Positions 13,001-25,233 of a stretch of 64,000 nt of DNA are shown here, in pieces (the stretch's first letter is position 1; each line of letters starts with the position of its first letter). Where the stretch lies: positions 372,001 to 436,000 of the forward strand of contig CDMY01000275.1 in NCBI GenBank assembly GCA_001179505.1. The letters are read 5' to 3'. The stretch is from Vitrella brassicaformis CCMP3155 (Eukaryota; Protista; Chromerida). The position numbers were made by a program, and so were the translations under genes. The notes under the pieces are model-generated. The model had not been told where the DNA came from, made no database searches, and saw only the letters and a program-made list of their open reading frames with translations.

Positions 13001-15270
13001 TCATTCAGGAGATCGTGGGTTTGAATTTCGCCGTTTTGGACGTGTCGATCCGGGGCAGAGACGGCACCGAGTGGGAATGGCTCTCAGAACTCACCGGTGC
13101 GGTACACACACATGACGGCCGGGATCGGGATAAGCGGATGCACCGCATCTGTGGGTGGCTGGGTGCCTGCGTGCCAGGTATGGCGTACGTGACGGAGGTG
13201 TGGGGCTTCTCCTGCTTCATCCACAGCATGGCCTTCCTCCACAGCAAGCAGCTGGGCACCGGGCGATACCCACACTGGTTCAAGCATGCTGTCCAGGTAG
13301 GCATGCATGGCTTGACACGACACACCTGCTACACATCGGCACGACACATGCACACGTGCAATAAATACACACACACTTTCCTTCACAGGAGGAGGATGAC
13401 CGCGAGGAGCATGAGTCGGAGGAGCAGGGGCCGTCCGCTAGACCCACGCTCGTTGAGGTGAGTGAGGGAAATGTGAGATTGGACAAGAAACCACCCACCC
13501 ACACACAGCGCTCATTCATTCTTCTGTGTCCACGTCTTTGTTGTGTACGGCTCCTCTACCTTTGTCTCAGCATCCTCAGCACCAGGTTGATGTCATCGGT
13601 GTCGGCGAGAGCGCCCGACTGATGCACGAAAACACTTCATTCCATGTCAGTCAGCGCCTCACCCACCAACAAACCATCAAATCGCATCCATCTCCCATGT
13701 CATTCATCTGTCTATCTATGTTTCCATCGTCTGTCTTCAGGAGATGGCCGACCACATCAATCGCTTTGCGTCCGGCGACAGGGGTGGCGCGAGTGCGTCC
13801 GCGAGCGGCGTGGCCCATGCGGACCAGTCACCCGAGGCACTCATGGCGCGGCCACTCCCCCCACCACCACCCAGATCTGTCGACGTGGGCGGCGAACTCT
13901 CAGAGCCTCTGCTCAGGGGAGAACGTAAGCACAGCACGAGCAGCAAGGCTACCAGCCGACCGATAGATAACACACCAGACAGACGCACTCACTTGTCTGA
14001 GTGCTTCGGATCGGCATCAGGTGCTGCGTTCCCTCCGAAGGCTGCCCGTCCAGCAGCAGCGACCGCTGCTGCTGCGGGCGGAGGGGGCGAGCAGCGGCCC
14101 CCGAGACGGCCTACACGCGAGAGGGACGCTCGCGAGCTACACAGCCCGGCCAGGAGCCGATGGTGTCCGGATTTTTGGACGAGGCGGCGGCCACGCATCG
14201 AGGGCAGGCCGGGTGGGCCGCCTGGACCTGGCGGCCCGGGAGTGGGTGGTGGTGGTGGTGGAGGGCCGAGGGGTGTGCCGACGCCCCAGCAGGCGGCGGT
14301 GCGTGTGGAGCCCAAGGTGTTTTTCGCCAACGAACGGACATTCCTCCAAGTGGGCTGGGCTGCGACGGGCTGGGCGGGCCAGGGAGGGAGGGAGGGAGCA
14401 ACGAGAGCATCACACCTGTGTGTGTGTGTGTGTGTGTGTTAGTGGATGAATGTGGCTGTGTTGCTGTCGACCATATCGATCACCATCCTGAACCTGGGCA
14501 CATCCACCTCATTCATTGCAGGTGCGTGCGGGGGTGCGTGGGAGATCGTCCGTGATGGATTGATGGAATTGATTGCGTGCAGGTTTGATCATGGCCCCCG
14601 TTGGGATATTCTTCATCATCTACTCGTACTCGGTCGGCCCACCGCACGTACATTCCAGACATTTCTTCGCCTGTTATAACATTCGTATGTATGTCAGGTG
14701 TATGTGCGTCGCGCCCGTGCCCTGGAGCGGAAAGAGCCCCTCAACTATAACGACCAGCTCGGTAGGTCAGTCAGTCAGGGCCAAGACAGACAGACAGACA
14801 GACACACAGACAAACAAGACATACACTCCTCGACTCGATCCCTTGCTCCTTCCTTGTTTGTTTCAGGTCCCACAGTGTTGGTGGTGACACTGGTCGTGGC
14901 CCTCAGCGCCATTCTGTACGTCAACGTCACCGCACACCTCAAGGAGGCCGGCGACTTCCCGCCACTTGCACACACGCCCAAGCACCAAGTCAAACACGAG
15001 AACCACCCCGTCGCCCCGCCACCCAAGGAGGCCGAGAGTGCCAGCGCCCACGATGAGCACAAGAACCACGACAAGAAGGACAAGGGCGACAAGGGCGACA
15101 ACAGCACGTCACTCGTGCAGGCGTTCGGGCCGCTCAGGTCGGGTGTGTTCGACAAACAGGGTGACGGCGGTGTCATGAGGGAGACGGTCTTCCGACGGCG
15201 CATGAATATGAACCGGCCGGCGGCTGCGGCTGAGCCAGGGCAAGACGAGCAGCCTGTGGAGTTTGTCTAG
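10055..15270 (+). CDS. VTC2: Vacuolar transporter chaperone subunit (SPX + VTC + DUF202 TM), VTC2/3-like, probably non-catalytic
   Basis: SPX start MKFAKRLQE...YISYKELKK and NFTGFRKITKKYDK. VTC motifs SVKYWI, SYIYFDNETL, IIRFQWQG, PMVRATFHRSSF, FAVLDVSI, GFSCFIHS. TM segment [20 protein letters not shown]. Stop TAG 15268-15270. Confidence 0.88.
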
Positions 15271-15285
15271 TGGGGAGGGCGGGTG

Positions 15286-15585
15286 NNNNNNNNNNNNNNN
15301 NNNNNNNNNNNNNNNNNNNNNNNNNNNNNNNNNNNNNNNNNNNNNNNNNNNNNNNNNNNNNNNNNNNNNNNNNNNNNNNNNNNNNNNNNNNNNNNNNNNN
15401 NNNNNNNNNNNNNNNNNNNNNNNNNNNNNNNNNNNNNNNNNNNNNNNNNNNNNNNNNNNNNNNNNNNNNNNNNNNNNNNNNNNNNNNNNNNNNNNNNNNN
15501 NNNNNNNNNNNNNNNNNNNNNNNNNNNNNNNNNNNNNNNNNNNNNNNNNNNNNNNNNNNNNNNNNNNNNNNNNNNNNNNNNNNNN
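15286..15585. other. Assembly gap (300 N)
   Basis: Run of N. The ~26 nt before the gap (AGTTTGTCTAGTGGGGAGGGCGGGTG) reappears immediately after it. Confidence 1.
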
Positions 15586-15911
15586 AGTTTGTCTAGTGGG
15601 GAGGGCGGGTGGGTGGGTGGGGGTTTTCTATCTACACACACACACACACATGACGTTTTTCGTGGCGGCATGACCCGGCGACACCGTTTGTTTCTCGTAG
15701 GGGAGGGTTCACTCACTCATCCACCTGCTGGTGAATGGTGTGCAGGAGGGGTAGGTTGATACGTACGATGAATGAATGAATGAATGAATGGGTGTGGCTG
15801 GTGGAAGGGCTGATCAGCCCTCGGGTGGCTGCATGATGGGACTGCGGTGGTTGAATCAGGCAGGGGCTTCATTTCGTCTCTATCGCTGACGCTCACTCAC
15901 TCACTCACTCC

Positions 15912-16058
15912 CTCCCTGGCTGTCTGTCTGTCTGTCTGTCTGTATACACACGAGTTTCGATGGACGGGTGCCTCCCTCCCTCCCTCACTCCCTGGCTGTC
16001 TGTCTGTCTGTCTGTATACACACGAGTTTCGATGGACGGGTGCCTCCCTCCCTCCCTC
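15912..16058. repeat. Two-copy local direct repeat (~72-75 bp) built around (CTGT)n and TATACACACGAGTTTCGATGGACGGGTGCCTCCC
   Basis: Copies at about 15912-15986 and 15988-16058, read directly from the sequence. Confidence 0.85.
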
Positions 16059-16752
16059 CCCGGCTGCCTGCCTGCCTGCCTGGTGGGTGGGGTGGGGTGG
16101 CTGTGGTGCCCACGCCTCACGTATTTTTCCGTCAGTTGGTATGTGTCACGTCACAATGAATGCATGAGTGAGTGAGTGAGTGAGTGAGTGGAGCTGTCTG
16201 GTGTCTGGCTGTCTCACTCGCTCTTCTCCTCATTACCCTGGCTGGCTTGCGTCAGACAGGAGAGAGAAACGCAGGCGAGGCGAGGCGAGGTAGGTGGTGT
16301 GTCGTGACAGGTAGGTGTATGCGCAATCCCACCACCGTTGGATGCATTGCTGTCCGGGTGTTCGTCCTCTCACGTTGCCACCATATCCGCAGAGTTCTGC
16401 TGGTGTCTTCACTGGCAGAGGTCTTGGGGTGCGGCGGCAGCGACGAAAAACGACACTCCGAGCGGAATGTGCCGGCGTGCGATGTCCATCCATCCACCTG
16501 TCCAATTTTCCTATATATTCATGTGTAGCTAGTGTCGGTGCATGTGAGTGACCTGTGGACCCTTCCGTACACATTTGTTGAATGCATACACTCTCACACA
16601 TGCTATGCTTCAAATCCCACACACGCAGCTGCCACGTCCTTCACCTGAGATCAGTGAGCCCTTTCATCACTGCAAATGCACGTCTAATGGAGCCATCTCG
16701 CCAAGATCAGATCTGCGCATGCGAGTGCTATGCCTACGCACGCCGCGACACC

Positions 16753-16780
16753 TGCGAGCTTAGATGGGAATGCGAGCTAA
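16753..16780 (+). promoter_or_regulatory. Two candidate promoter motifs (TGCGAGCTTAG, TGCGAGCTAA) upstream of SWEET
   Basis: At 16753-16763 and 16771-16780, about 100-125 bp before ATG 16879. Confidence 0.6.
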
Positions 16781-16878
16781 CAAAAAGGCAAAGGACGATA
16801 TTTCACGGTTCCTGGGTCCGTCCTTGCTTTGCTTCGCTTCGGTCGTCGATCAGCTTAAAGTTTCTGTCAAGTGCAGCA

Positions 16879-18730
16879 ATGGCAGAGGACAGCGGCAACA
16901 CGGTAGCGAAGCACGTGGGCATCCTGACGGACGGCTTCCAGTCGTCGCCCCTCGCCGTCATCGCCAACATCGCCACCTTCTGCTCGGTCATCGTGTACCT
17001 CTCCCCCGTCAACGAAATGTACAACATATGCGTCAGGGGATACGCCGGCACCACTCGCTGCACCCCCTACGCCCTCATGTTCGCATCCGCCGCACTCTGG
17101 ACAACCTACGGGCTCCTCAGGCACGATGTGGGCATCCTCAGGATCAATGGCGTCGGTAAGTCAGTGAGGGAGGGAGTGACACAGACCGCACCGGACCGAC
17201 ACACACGGGGCAGTCAGTCAGCCAGGGGGGAGAGATGCGCGTCAGGTCATTCAGTGTTGGTGTATGGTGTGTGTCAGGTGCGCTGACAAGTTTGGTGTTC
17301 TGCGGGATTCTGGGTGTGTTTGCCAACCCTGAGGAACGCAAGAAGACCTGGCTGCTCTACCTGGGAGGTAAGTAGGGCACACAGGCAGCCAGCCAGGCGT
17401 CGCTGTCACGTACGTCACGTACGTACCTTTGTGACATTGGTTGTGTTGTGTTGTATTTTGCTGCTTGCCTGCCGCTGGCGTGGCAGTGTGTGCGAGTGTG
17501 TTTGGGTTTCTGTATTGTTCGCTGACCTACGTCCCGGCGGGGGACGTGCAGCTCAACCTCGTGGGATACACTGCCACGGTGAGCCGCCTGCCTCCCTGCC
17601 AAAATAATCAAACATCCCGTCTGCGCTGCTGTGTGTGTGCCTCGTCAGGTGCTTTCTGTCTCTATCTCGCTATCTCCTCTTGTCATGGTGGTAAGTAAGG
17701 CAGCACATCGGCTGGCTGCACGTGGGCTGCATTGTCATCTGTGTGTGCACGTGTGTGTGTGTGTGTGTGTGTGTGGTGTCAGGCGCGTGTGTTGCGTACC
17801 AAGAACCTGGAGGGCGTGCCCATCACCCTCATCGCCTGCTGCTTCCTATCCGCGTAAGACAAAATACGTACCTGCCTGTCAGTCAAGCAATGAATGGATG
17901 GATGTGATGTGTTGTGGTGTGTGCCTGCAGGCTGTTGTGGGGTCAGTACTCTCTGATGATAGACTCGATCCCCTTCCTGATACCCAACATACTGAGCATC
18001 GTCCTAAACGGACTCCAGCTCGTACTCATCGCCTACACCTACCTCACTGCCAGAAAAGCTCGAAGCGTAAGGCCGACCAGCCAACCACCGACGCACCGTC
18101 CACCTCGCACTGCATTATGTATGTCAATGTGTGTGTGTGTGTGTGTGTGTGTCAGGCTGTGAGTGGTCCTGAGCGGCTGCCGCTTCTGAGCCAGACGGGC
18201 ATCGTAGACCTACCCATAGGTATCTACAATCTAGCTAGCTGCACACACGCATTGCATTCACATTCCTTCCCACCCACTCTCATCTGATCTCTGGTTCGGT
18301 CTTCTCTCTCGATGCAGATGAGGTCAAAGCGTCCTACAGGCCGACCCAGCCGCAGCCATCCGCCTCGCCCGAAGTCATCGGCCCCCACCATCGGCCGCCG
18401 ATCGACCCACCAGACCAGCCAGAGACCATCGACCAGCACATTCACAACCACACTCACCACACGCAAGCCAGCGGCAGCAGCAGCAGCAGCGGAGCATCGA
18501 GCTTCGAGTGTGTGGATCTGGCGACCGGTTCGTCGGCAAGCGACCGGAATTCTTTGTCTTCTTCTGAGGGCGGCGGTGCTGGTGCGTCCCCGTCGTCGGC
18601 CAACCGGATGGAGCAGGGCCGGAGGGCCAACAGGGCGCGAGATCGGGCTGGGGAGAGGGATCGGGGGAGGGCCGGTGTGGGTGGGGGTGAGATGGAAATG
18701 AGCACTGTCAGGGGGAGGGAACTCAGGTGA
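16879..18730 (+). CDS. SWEET: SWEET/MtN3 sugar transporter with long cytosolic C-terminal tail (3' end uncertain)
   Basis: MtN3 repeat 1: FCSVIVYLSPVNEMYNIC...TTRCTPYALMFASAALWTTYG...ILRINGVG. Repeat 2: ISLSPLVMV, RTKNLEGVP, LLWGQYSLMIDSIPFLIPNILSIVLNGLQL. Confidence 0.9.
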
Positions 18731-20869
18731 GAGAGGAGAGGTGTGCCGCATGCGTAAGTGTCGGATGGGGATTGTTTTGTCGGCCTTGGGGGTGGGGGGC
18801 GTGGTGCTCTTATCTTTCTCAACCATCGCTGGGCGGGCAACGTCGGACTCTCTCTCTCTCTCTCTCTCGGTCTTTCGTATGTATGTATGTCTGGATGGCT
18901 GTCCGTCTGTCTGTCTGTATGTGTGTACCCCACTGCTCTGCTTTTCTAGTAAGCGTAGCAGAGGATGCGATGCCATTGATTGGGTGGAAGAGAAGGAAGC
19001 AATGAAGGAAGAATTGCAGGCAGACAGCGAGGCAGCCAGCTGTCCACTCACTCACTCACTCAGTCACTCACTATGTGTGTGCGAGGCAAGATGTACCCCT
19101 GTGTTCCCACGAACTGCGGGAGTAAACTTTCTTTTTTCGCATCGATGACTGACTGACTGCATTCACTCACTCTCACTTTTGTCTCCTGCATCCCTCGGAC
19201 CTCATTGGTGGATTTTCTTCCTCGCTCATGGACGGGCCGTGGTCCATCTGCACAATGGCTGGATGACGGAACGTCCTAGGTTGCTGGGGAAAGTCCGCCA
19301 GGCCAGGGAGGTCCGGACCAGATGGAACAAACAACACGGACGAAGACAGCCACAGGTCTTTCTATCTATCTGAGAAAGGAGACAGACAAGGAAGGAAGAG
19401 AGGACGTCGGTCGGTTGTGCTGTATGTATCTGTCTGTTGATTGCTCTGTGGCTGTGGGGTGGGGTGGGTTGGGTTGGTGCCTGCACCCAACTCTCCGTCG
19501 CTTGCTGGATGCGATGTCGTCGATGGTAAGCTCCCGCTGTGCCCGTCACGAGGGCAGTGCAGGTGCCGATCCTCGTCGACAAGTGAATCCACAGACAGCG
19601 GCAGGAGGGTGAGGTGACATGAGAGAGCGGCCCACCCCCCACCCCCCCCAATACGTTGACTGCCTTACAGCTGGTGGCTGCAGCGAGAGAGAGTGTGTAT
19701 GTGATACGCTCCACTACTTCCCCCTAACTCCCTCCCTCCCTCCCTCCCTCCCCTGGCCTGAAAGAACCCGCGAGGCAGGTGTGTGCGACTTTTGTGCTGT
19801 TGGTCGGTCGGTCCTTTTTTCTACAGCGGCACACCACGCCATCCATCCACGGGACGCACCGATGCATCCGTCTACCTACCCGCCCCTCCCACTGACTGCC
19901 ATGTCTAAAGGTGTGCATGTGGTGTGTGTGCGCGTGGGCGTGGTGTGTGTCATGCATGTGTGGCTGGCGGTTTTTGTCAGTCCATCTGGTGGGTGTGCGG
20001 TCCCGCTCCCTGGTCTTGGTTCGTGTCGGTCGGTCGGTCAATTCATTGAGTCTGCTGGGTGGCTGTGGCTGTGGCTGACTGCATGGGTGGTGGGTGGTGC
20101 TGCAGAGAGGGCGAGAGAGAGAGCAGGGTACGTCAGTCAGGTGTAAGTGTAAGTAGAGGTGACGATGACATACATATGAGTGACTGATGGATGACTGACA
20201 GTGACCGACTGATTATGATTACTGAGTATTGGAGTGTCACTTTCCTCCCTCTCTGGCAGTGCGGACTCACTCGCGCACTGACTGATTGCCGGGTGAGTGC
20301 AGCGGGTGGGATGGAATACAGCGGACGGCACTCTTCTTCTCTCGTATATATGTGTGTGTGCCGCATGTCTACTGGGTTTGTGTCGCACCCGAAGATGATA
20401 TATCGGTTCGGTCAGACCCACAGCTCGATATGATGCGAACCTTGCTCCACACGCACGCTTGTGTAGGTGTGGACGAGGGGGCTGAGCTGATCGGGCAGAG
20501 GCCGCCCACCCTGCCTGCACTCACAGACGGATGGATGGATGAAACGCCTGACCCACCCCCACCTAACTGACAGACCTTACTTACACTTTCTCTCTTTCCT
20601 TACTCATGCGAGTTACAACACTCACTCATCGACCCGGTGCACTGCGCACACGTGGAGCCGATTGTTGATCGCTCCGCTCACGGCAATATAATATGGTCGG
20701 GTGATCGATGTCTATCTATGGCATGCATCCGAACAGAAAACGGTCCGTCCGTCCATCCCATCCGTCTGCATCTGAACAGTAAGTACATAGTCTCCCCTCC
20801 TTCCCTCCCTCCCTCCCTCTGTGTCTACAGGCGTCTGGTGTGTCGTGTCACTCCATCAAGTCAGTCTTT

Positions 20870-22897
20870 CTACCCCATGCTGCCGCCGGCCTTCCTCTTG
20901 AGATCCTTGAGGGCGTCCCAGTTCTCATCCACCCACACACCCGTCTCTATCAGCGCCTCGTGCAATCGCTGCACACACACACATACACATACAGCCAGCC
21001 CGCCGAAGACAGAGAACAAAACTAACTAGACTGAGGCAGGCGTGTGTGTTTGTGTGCAGCTCATTGTCTCACTCACCTTGAGTTCGTCTGTGAGAGCGCT
21101 TTCAGCCGTCTGGAACAGCTGGAGGGCTGCGTCCAAATCATCGGGGTTGGCTGCACACCACACCACACCACACCACACCACCACATGCTCGTCCCCCCCC
21201 CCCATCCATCCACCTATCCCACCTACCGGCTTCCAGTGCGGCGTCTCGTTTCTTGACGGCCTCCTCCCACAACGGATGACCCATCGCCTGCACACAATAG
21301 ATACAAATACACATCACATCCACACACACCAACAATGGCCGGCCGTGTTGGGCGATCCGATCCCAATGGCTCTGCTCTGCATGCCCTGCCCACCTCTTTG
21401 ACAACCCCACTGCTGGAGCGACTCTGCGCAGTGCAGACGGCACACATACAAACCAAATATACACGCAAAAGGGAGCGGCATGGCTGGCTGGCTGGCAGGC
21501 AGGCAGCGCCCGTTGTGTGTGGTTGTGTTGTGTCACACACATACATTGTACAGCCGCCTGAGTGCCTGCAGCATCGGGTGGTCCTTGGCTCTGTTGATGG
21601 TCTCGAGAGTGTTGTCGGGCCCCGACCCCACACCGCCCCTCCCGCCATACCCGTAAGCATCCATCGGCTGACATGACCACCATCACACGAGCACAAACAC
21701 AAACACTCGAGTGAGTCAGTTTGAGATGAGCTTGTCTGCTCTGCTCTGTGTGTGGCTGGGTGTGTGTGCGCAGGTACGTACCATCATGACCGGTGGCGGC
21801 AGGCCCATTTGTTCGCGCAGTATCCCGCACCGCCGCTCGCTGTAGACCATGAAGAGGGGGTGCATCCAAGTGTCCACACAGCTGCCGTACATGGCCCTCT
21901 GCTCATCAGCCATACTGAATGACATGACACACACACACACGTGTGTGTGTGGTGGCACAGACAGACAGAACAGACACAAAAGCACTCGTGTTGTGTGTTG
22001 TGTGCATCCCATACGGCCGTGCCATGCATCGAATCGACGGAGGTGCTGTGCTGTTTTGGGTGTCGTGTTGTCGTGTGGTCGTGTGGTGGTCCCTCACTTA
22101 CGCTTTGACGGTGGGTCCGACTTTCATGAGGAACTGTTCGAGGACGGCCTTGCACCAGTCGGTGTGGATCTTGATCTGGGCCTCGTCAGCCGGGTAGCCC
22201 TGCTGGGTCATCTGACATGCATGACACCCACACACACATACATGGCTGGCCACAGATGAGATGAGATGTGTGGGCGAATGAAGCGGACAGACAGACAGAC
22301 GGAAGAGCCCCCGCCAGCACAGCACAGCACGGGAGCACTAACAAGCAGCCGGCTCACTCACCTCACCCACCTTTGGCTGCTGAGTGAGGATCTCGTGAAC
22401 CGTGAAGAAGAGGATGTCCCTCAGCACAGGATTGGCCTTGGCGATGAATGCCTGCGCCAACTCCGCACACAGGGCGTCGGGGAACTGCGAATAGATCTGA
22501 CGAAACCGCTGTGCCAGGTCTGACAGACCACGGAGGGTAGCATAGATAGCATCCAACCATTGCAATGCAGGCAGGCATGATGAGCGAGCGACTGCCGGTC
22601 GGGTCTTCTTGTCGTCTGTCTTGTGCTGTGTGTGCTGACTGACGGTCGGGGTTGTATGCGTTGATGTCGGCATTCGCAGCGTACGCCTCTGATTGCACAC
22701 AATCATACCAACCAACCAACCAACCAAGCAAGCGGCCACAGAGCACCCATGCCATGTGCTGACTGTATCCATGTATGAGTGCCTCCCCTGTTGCTGGCAG
22801 ATCAGTCAGTCGCCTTACCGAGTTCCTGTCTGAGGTTGAGTGCTTGGGTCGGTGGCAGCGGCGGGAACGCTGGCGCCGCTGGCCTCGCCGGATGCAT
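20870..22897 (-). CDS. Probable CID (RNA polymerase II CTD-interacting domain, RPRD/Rtt103-like) protein
   Basis: In-frame spliced model MHPARPAAP...LRDILFFTVHEILTQQPK...RAMYGSCVDTWMHPLFMVYSE...LKDLKRKAGGSMG*. The helical segments resemble the CID motifs KLxxLYLANDV and LxxLLxIWEER. The domain call rests on motif resemblance only. Confidence 0.5.
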
Positions 22898-22929
22898 TTG
22901 CTTCTCTTCTCTTCACCAGCAGCGGTTTC

Positions 22930-24664
22930 ATGGAGCACCCTAGGCGGCCCCTCGAGCTTGCATGGATGCGGAAAGGAATGACCGAGAGCGGGGAACAGCA
23001 GCAGCACAGCACATTGGTGCGCTTCGGCTGGAAGATTTTGAACTTTTGTGATGCCCATTTCCTTCCATTGGGTGAGGCAGGCCATCACTTCATCCCTCGA
23101 AAAGGACAGAATGTGGCACACCGCTGTGTTCGTTTGTTCAGGCCTCGTGGTCTTTGTTGTCTTTGGAGCACTGGTAAGGAACCGCAACAAACGGGTGGAC
23201 ACGGATCTCATGCATGGTGTTTGTGTCTGCTGTTCACTTCAGGTTCCTCTGCCCGGCAAATGGCTGTCTGGCGTCGACAGCCCAGTTCCCAAGGGGCTGG
23301 TCTCACAGCTATGTGTGTGCATCATCTTCCTCTTATCCGGCCTGAAGCTGCAATTTTCTGAGGTGAAAGAGGGCCTTCGTTGCTGGCGTGGGGCGGTGTA
23401 CGGCACTCTGTCGATTTTGCTGCTGACGCCCCTGGCTGGCTTCGGGCTGGTGTTTGTGCCGCTGGAGCCGCCCGACTTATCGCTCGGCCTGGCGCTGTTT
23501 GCTCTGATGCCGATGACACTCACGAGTGGCGTGATACTGACCAAACAGGCGGAGGGCAACACGCCGCTGGCACTCCTCTTCACCGTCGCCACCAACTTCA
23601 TCGCTATCTTCACTCTACCAGCTACGGTGCCGCTGCTCGTCGACACACTACAGCAGCAGGGGCAGCATGGTTCGAGCAAGAAAGACATCAACGTCTCCAT
23701 CAACGGCACACAGATGCTGCTCAACCTGACCTATTCCATCCTTATTCCCTTGATCGTGGGCAAGCTGCTGTCGCTGTGGCGGCCGGTCTCGGCGTTTGCG
23801 AATGGTCACAGTCGTCTGATGAAGCATGCGTCGGCCTTCTTCCTTATCGTCATTGTGTGGATGAGCGTGTCGAAGGCCGTCGAGCAGGTCAGACCAGCCG
23901 CACAAGTCAGGCAGGACACTCGAGGTGGTCATCCAGTCGGTCAAGTCATCCGCCTTGCTCTGCTCTCGTGTATCGTTGTCGGTGTGTGCCTGTCTATCAG
24001 ATATCGACGCTTCATGTGGAGATGGTGGTTGCCACAGCTGCGTTGGGTGTGGGGCTGCACCTGGCTTACCTCGCACTAAACGCATCATTTTCCATCATAC
24101 TGCGGCTGCCCACACGTGAGCACACACACACACACACACGCACTCTGCAATGCTCATGTCGCCACTGGGTGCCTTTGTCTGCTGTGATTGTCTGTGTGCA
24201 GCGATAATGAAGGCCGTGGTGGTGTGCGCGTCTCAGAAGACACTGCCCGTGTGTGTGACGGTCATTGAGTTCCTGCCAACCGAGCTGGGCAGCCGCGGCA
24301 TTATGGTCATCGGGGCGATCCTCGGCCACTTCACACAAATACTCATCGACGCCTTCCTAGCCTCATGGTGGGCACAGCGGGGCCGCCGATTGAGCAATAG
24401 CGAGGAGAAAGATCTCACAGGTGCGTATTCCACACACGCAACACCAGCACTCGTGCCGCCTTAGTGGCCAAGGGCCTCGCTGCCTCTTTGTATAGCCCAT
24501 CTGTCTGTTTCTGTGTGTCAGGTGTCAGCGACAGTGTGGGAACCGACCATCCTGCCTTGAGGGCAGGAGACCTGACCGATGGGACGACTGACTATCGTCG
24601 GATGGCGAGGGAGGACGCCCCCGGGCAGAAGACGCAATTGGACGTCACTGCGAATACTGTGTGA
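22930..24664 (+). CDS. BASS4: Sodium/metabolite symporter, SBF-like (BASS4/SLC10A7-like), copy 1; start may be a downstream ATG near 22966-22978
   Basis: HFLPLG, IIFLLSGLKL, LGLALFALMPMTLTSGVILT, GNTPLALLFTVATN, SQKTLPV, GHFTQILIDAFLA. Stop at 24664. Confidence 0.88.
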
Positions 24665-25233
24665 TGAATGTAATGTCTGTCTGCATCGTTGAGTGAGTGA
24701 GTGTATGGTTTGTGTGAGTGGGTGTGGTGTTTTTTCTTGATGTATGTTGATAGATACGCACCTCACTCACGTCCATCCACATGGATGTCAATTGTCTATA
24801 CGTACGGTGCAGCCAGGTGATGGGATATATGTGATGGATGACACCCACTCCACTTTTGTGAGTATTTCTGTTTGCCACAGGCCCGCTGCATGAATTGCAT
24901 GCGTGCGTGCGTGTGTGTAGGTCACCTGCCTTTATCAGTGCGTGGCCGGCGACCTTTCGTCCACCGGAATACAAGTGGCCGGCCATTCATTGTGCATGGG
25001 TGACATGACGCCCGAACAGGACGTCGATATATTGCCTGCCGGTTTCGCGTACGTACGTACGTGTGTGGACAGAGGCATATATATTCACATCACCTCACAA
25101 CACACACGGCCTCTCGCGTCAGAGAGAGATGACTCCAGTGTACACAGAGATAGATACTACAAAAAACGCCCTCGAAAGCTCACACACATCCACACACACA
25201 CACGCACACACACACGCGCGTACCCGCCCAGCA

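Noticed and set aside
10055-15270. Calling the VTC gene a catalytic VTC4 polyphosphate polymerase
   Set aside because: The equivalents of R266, K281, E426 and K458 are substituted.
15263-15759. ORFs containing long X runs
   Set aside because: They are artefacts of translating through the N gap.
19170-19620. Two possible minus-strand exons downstream of SWEET
   Set aside because: They are open and loosely splice-bounded, but I found no start, no homology and no reliable phase continuity.
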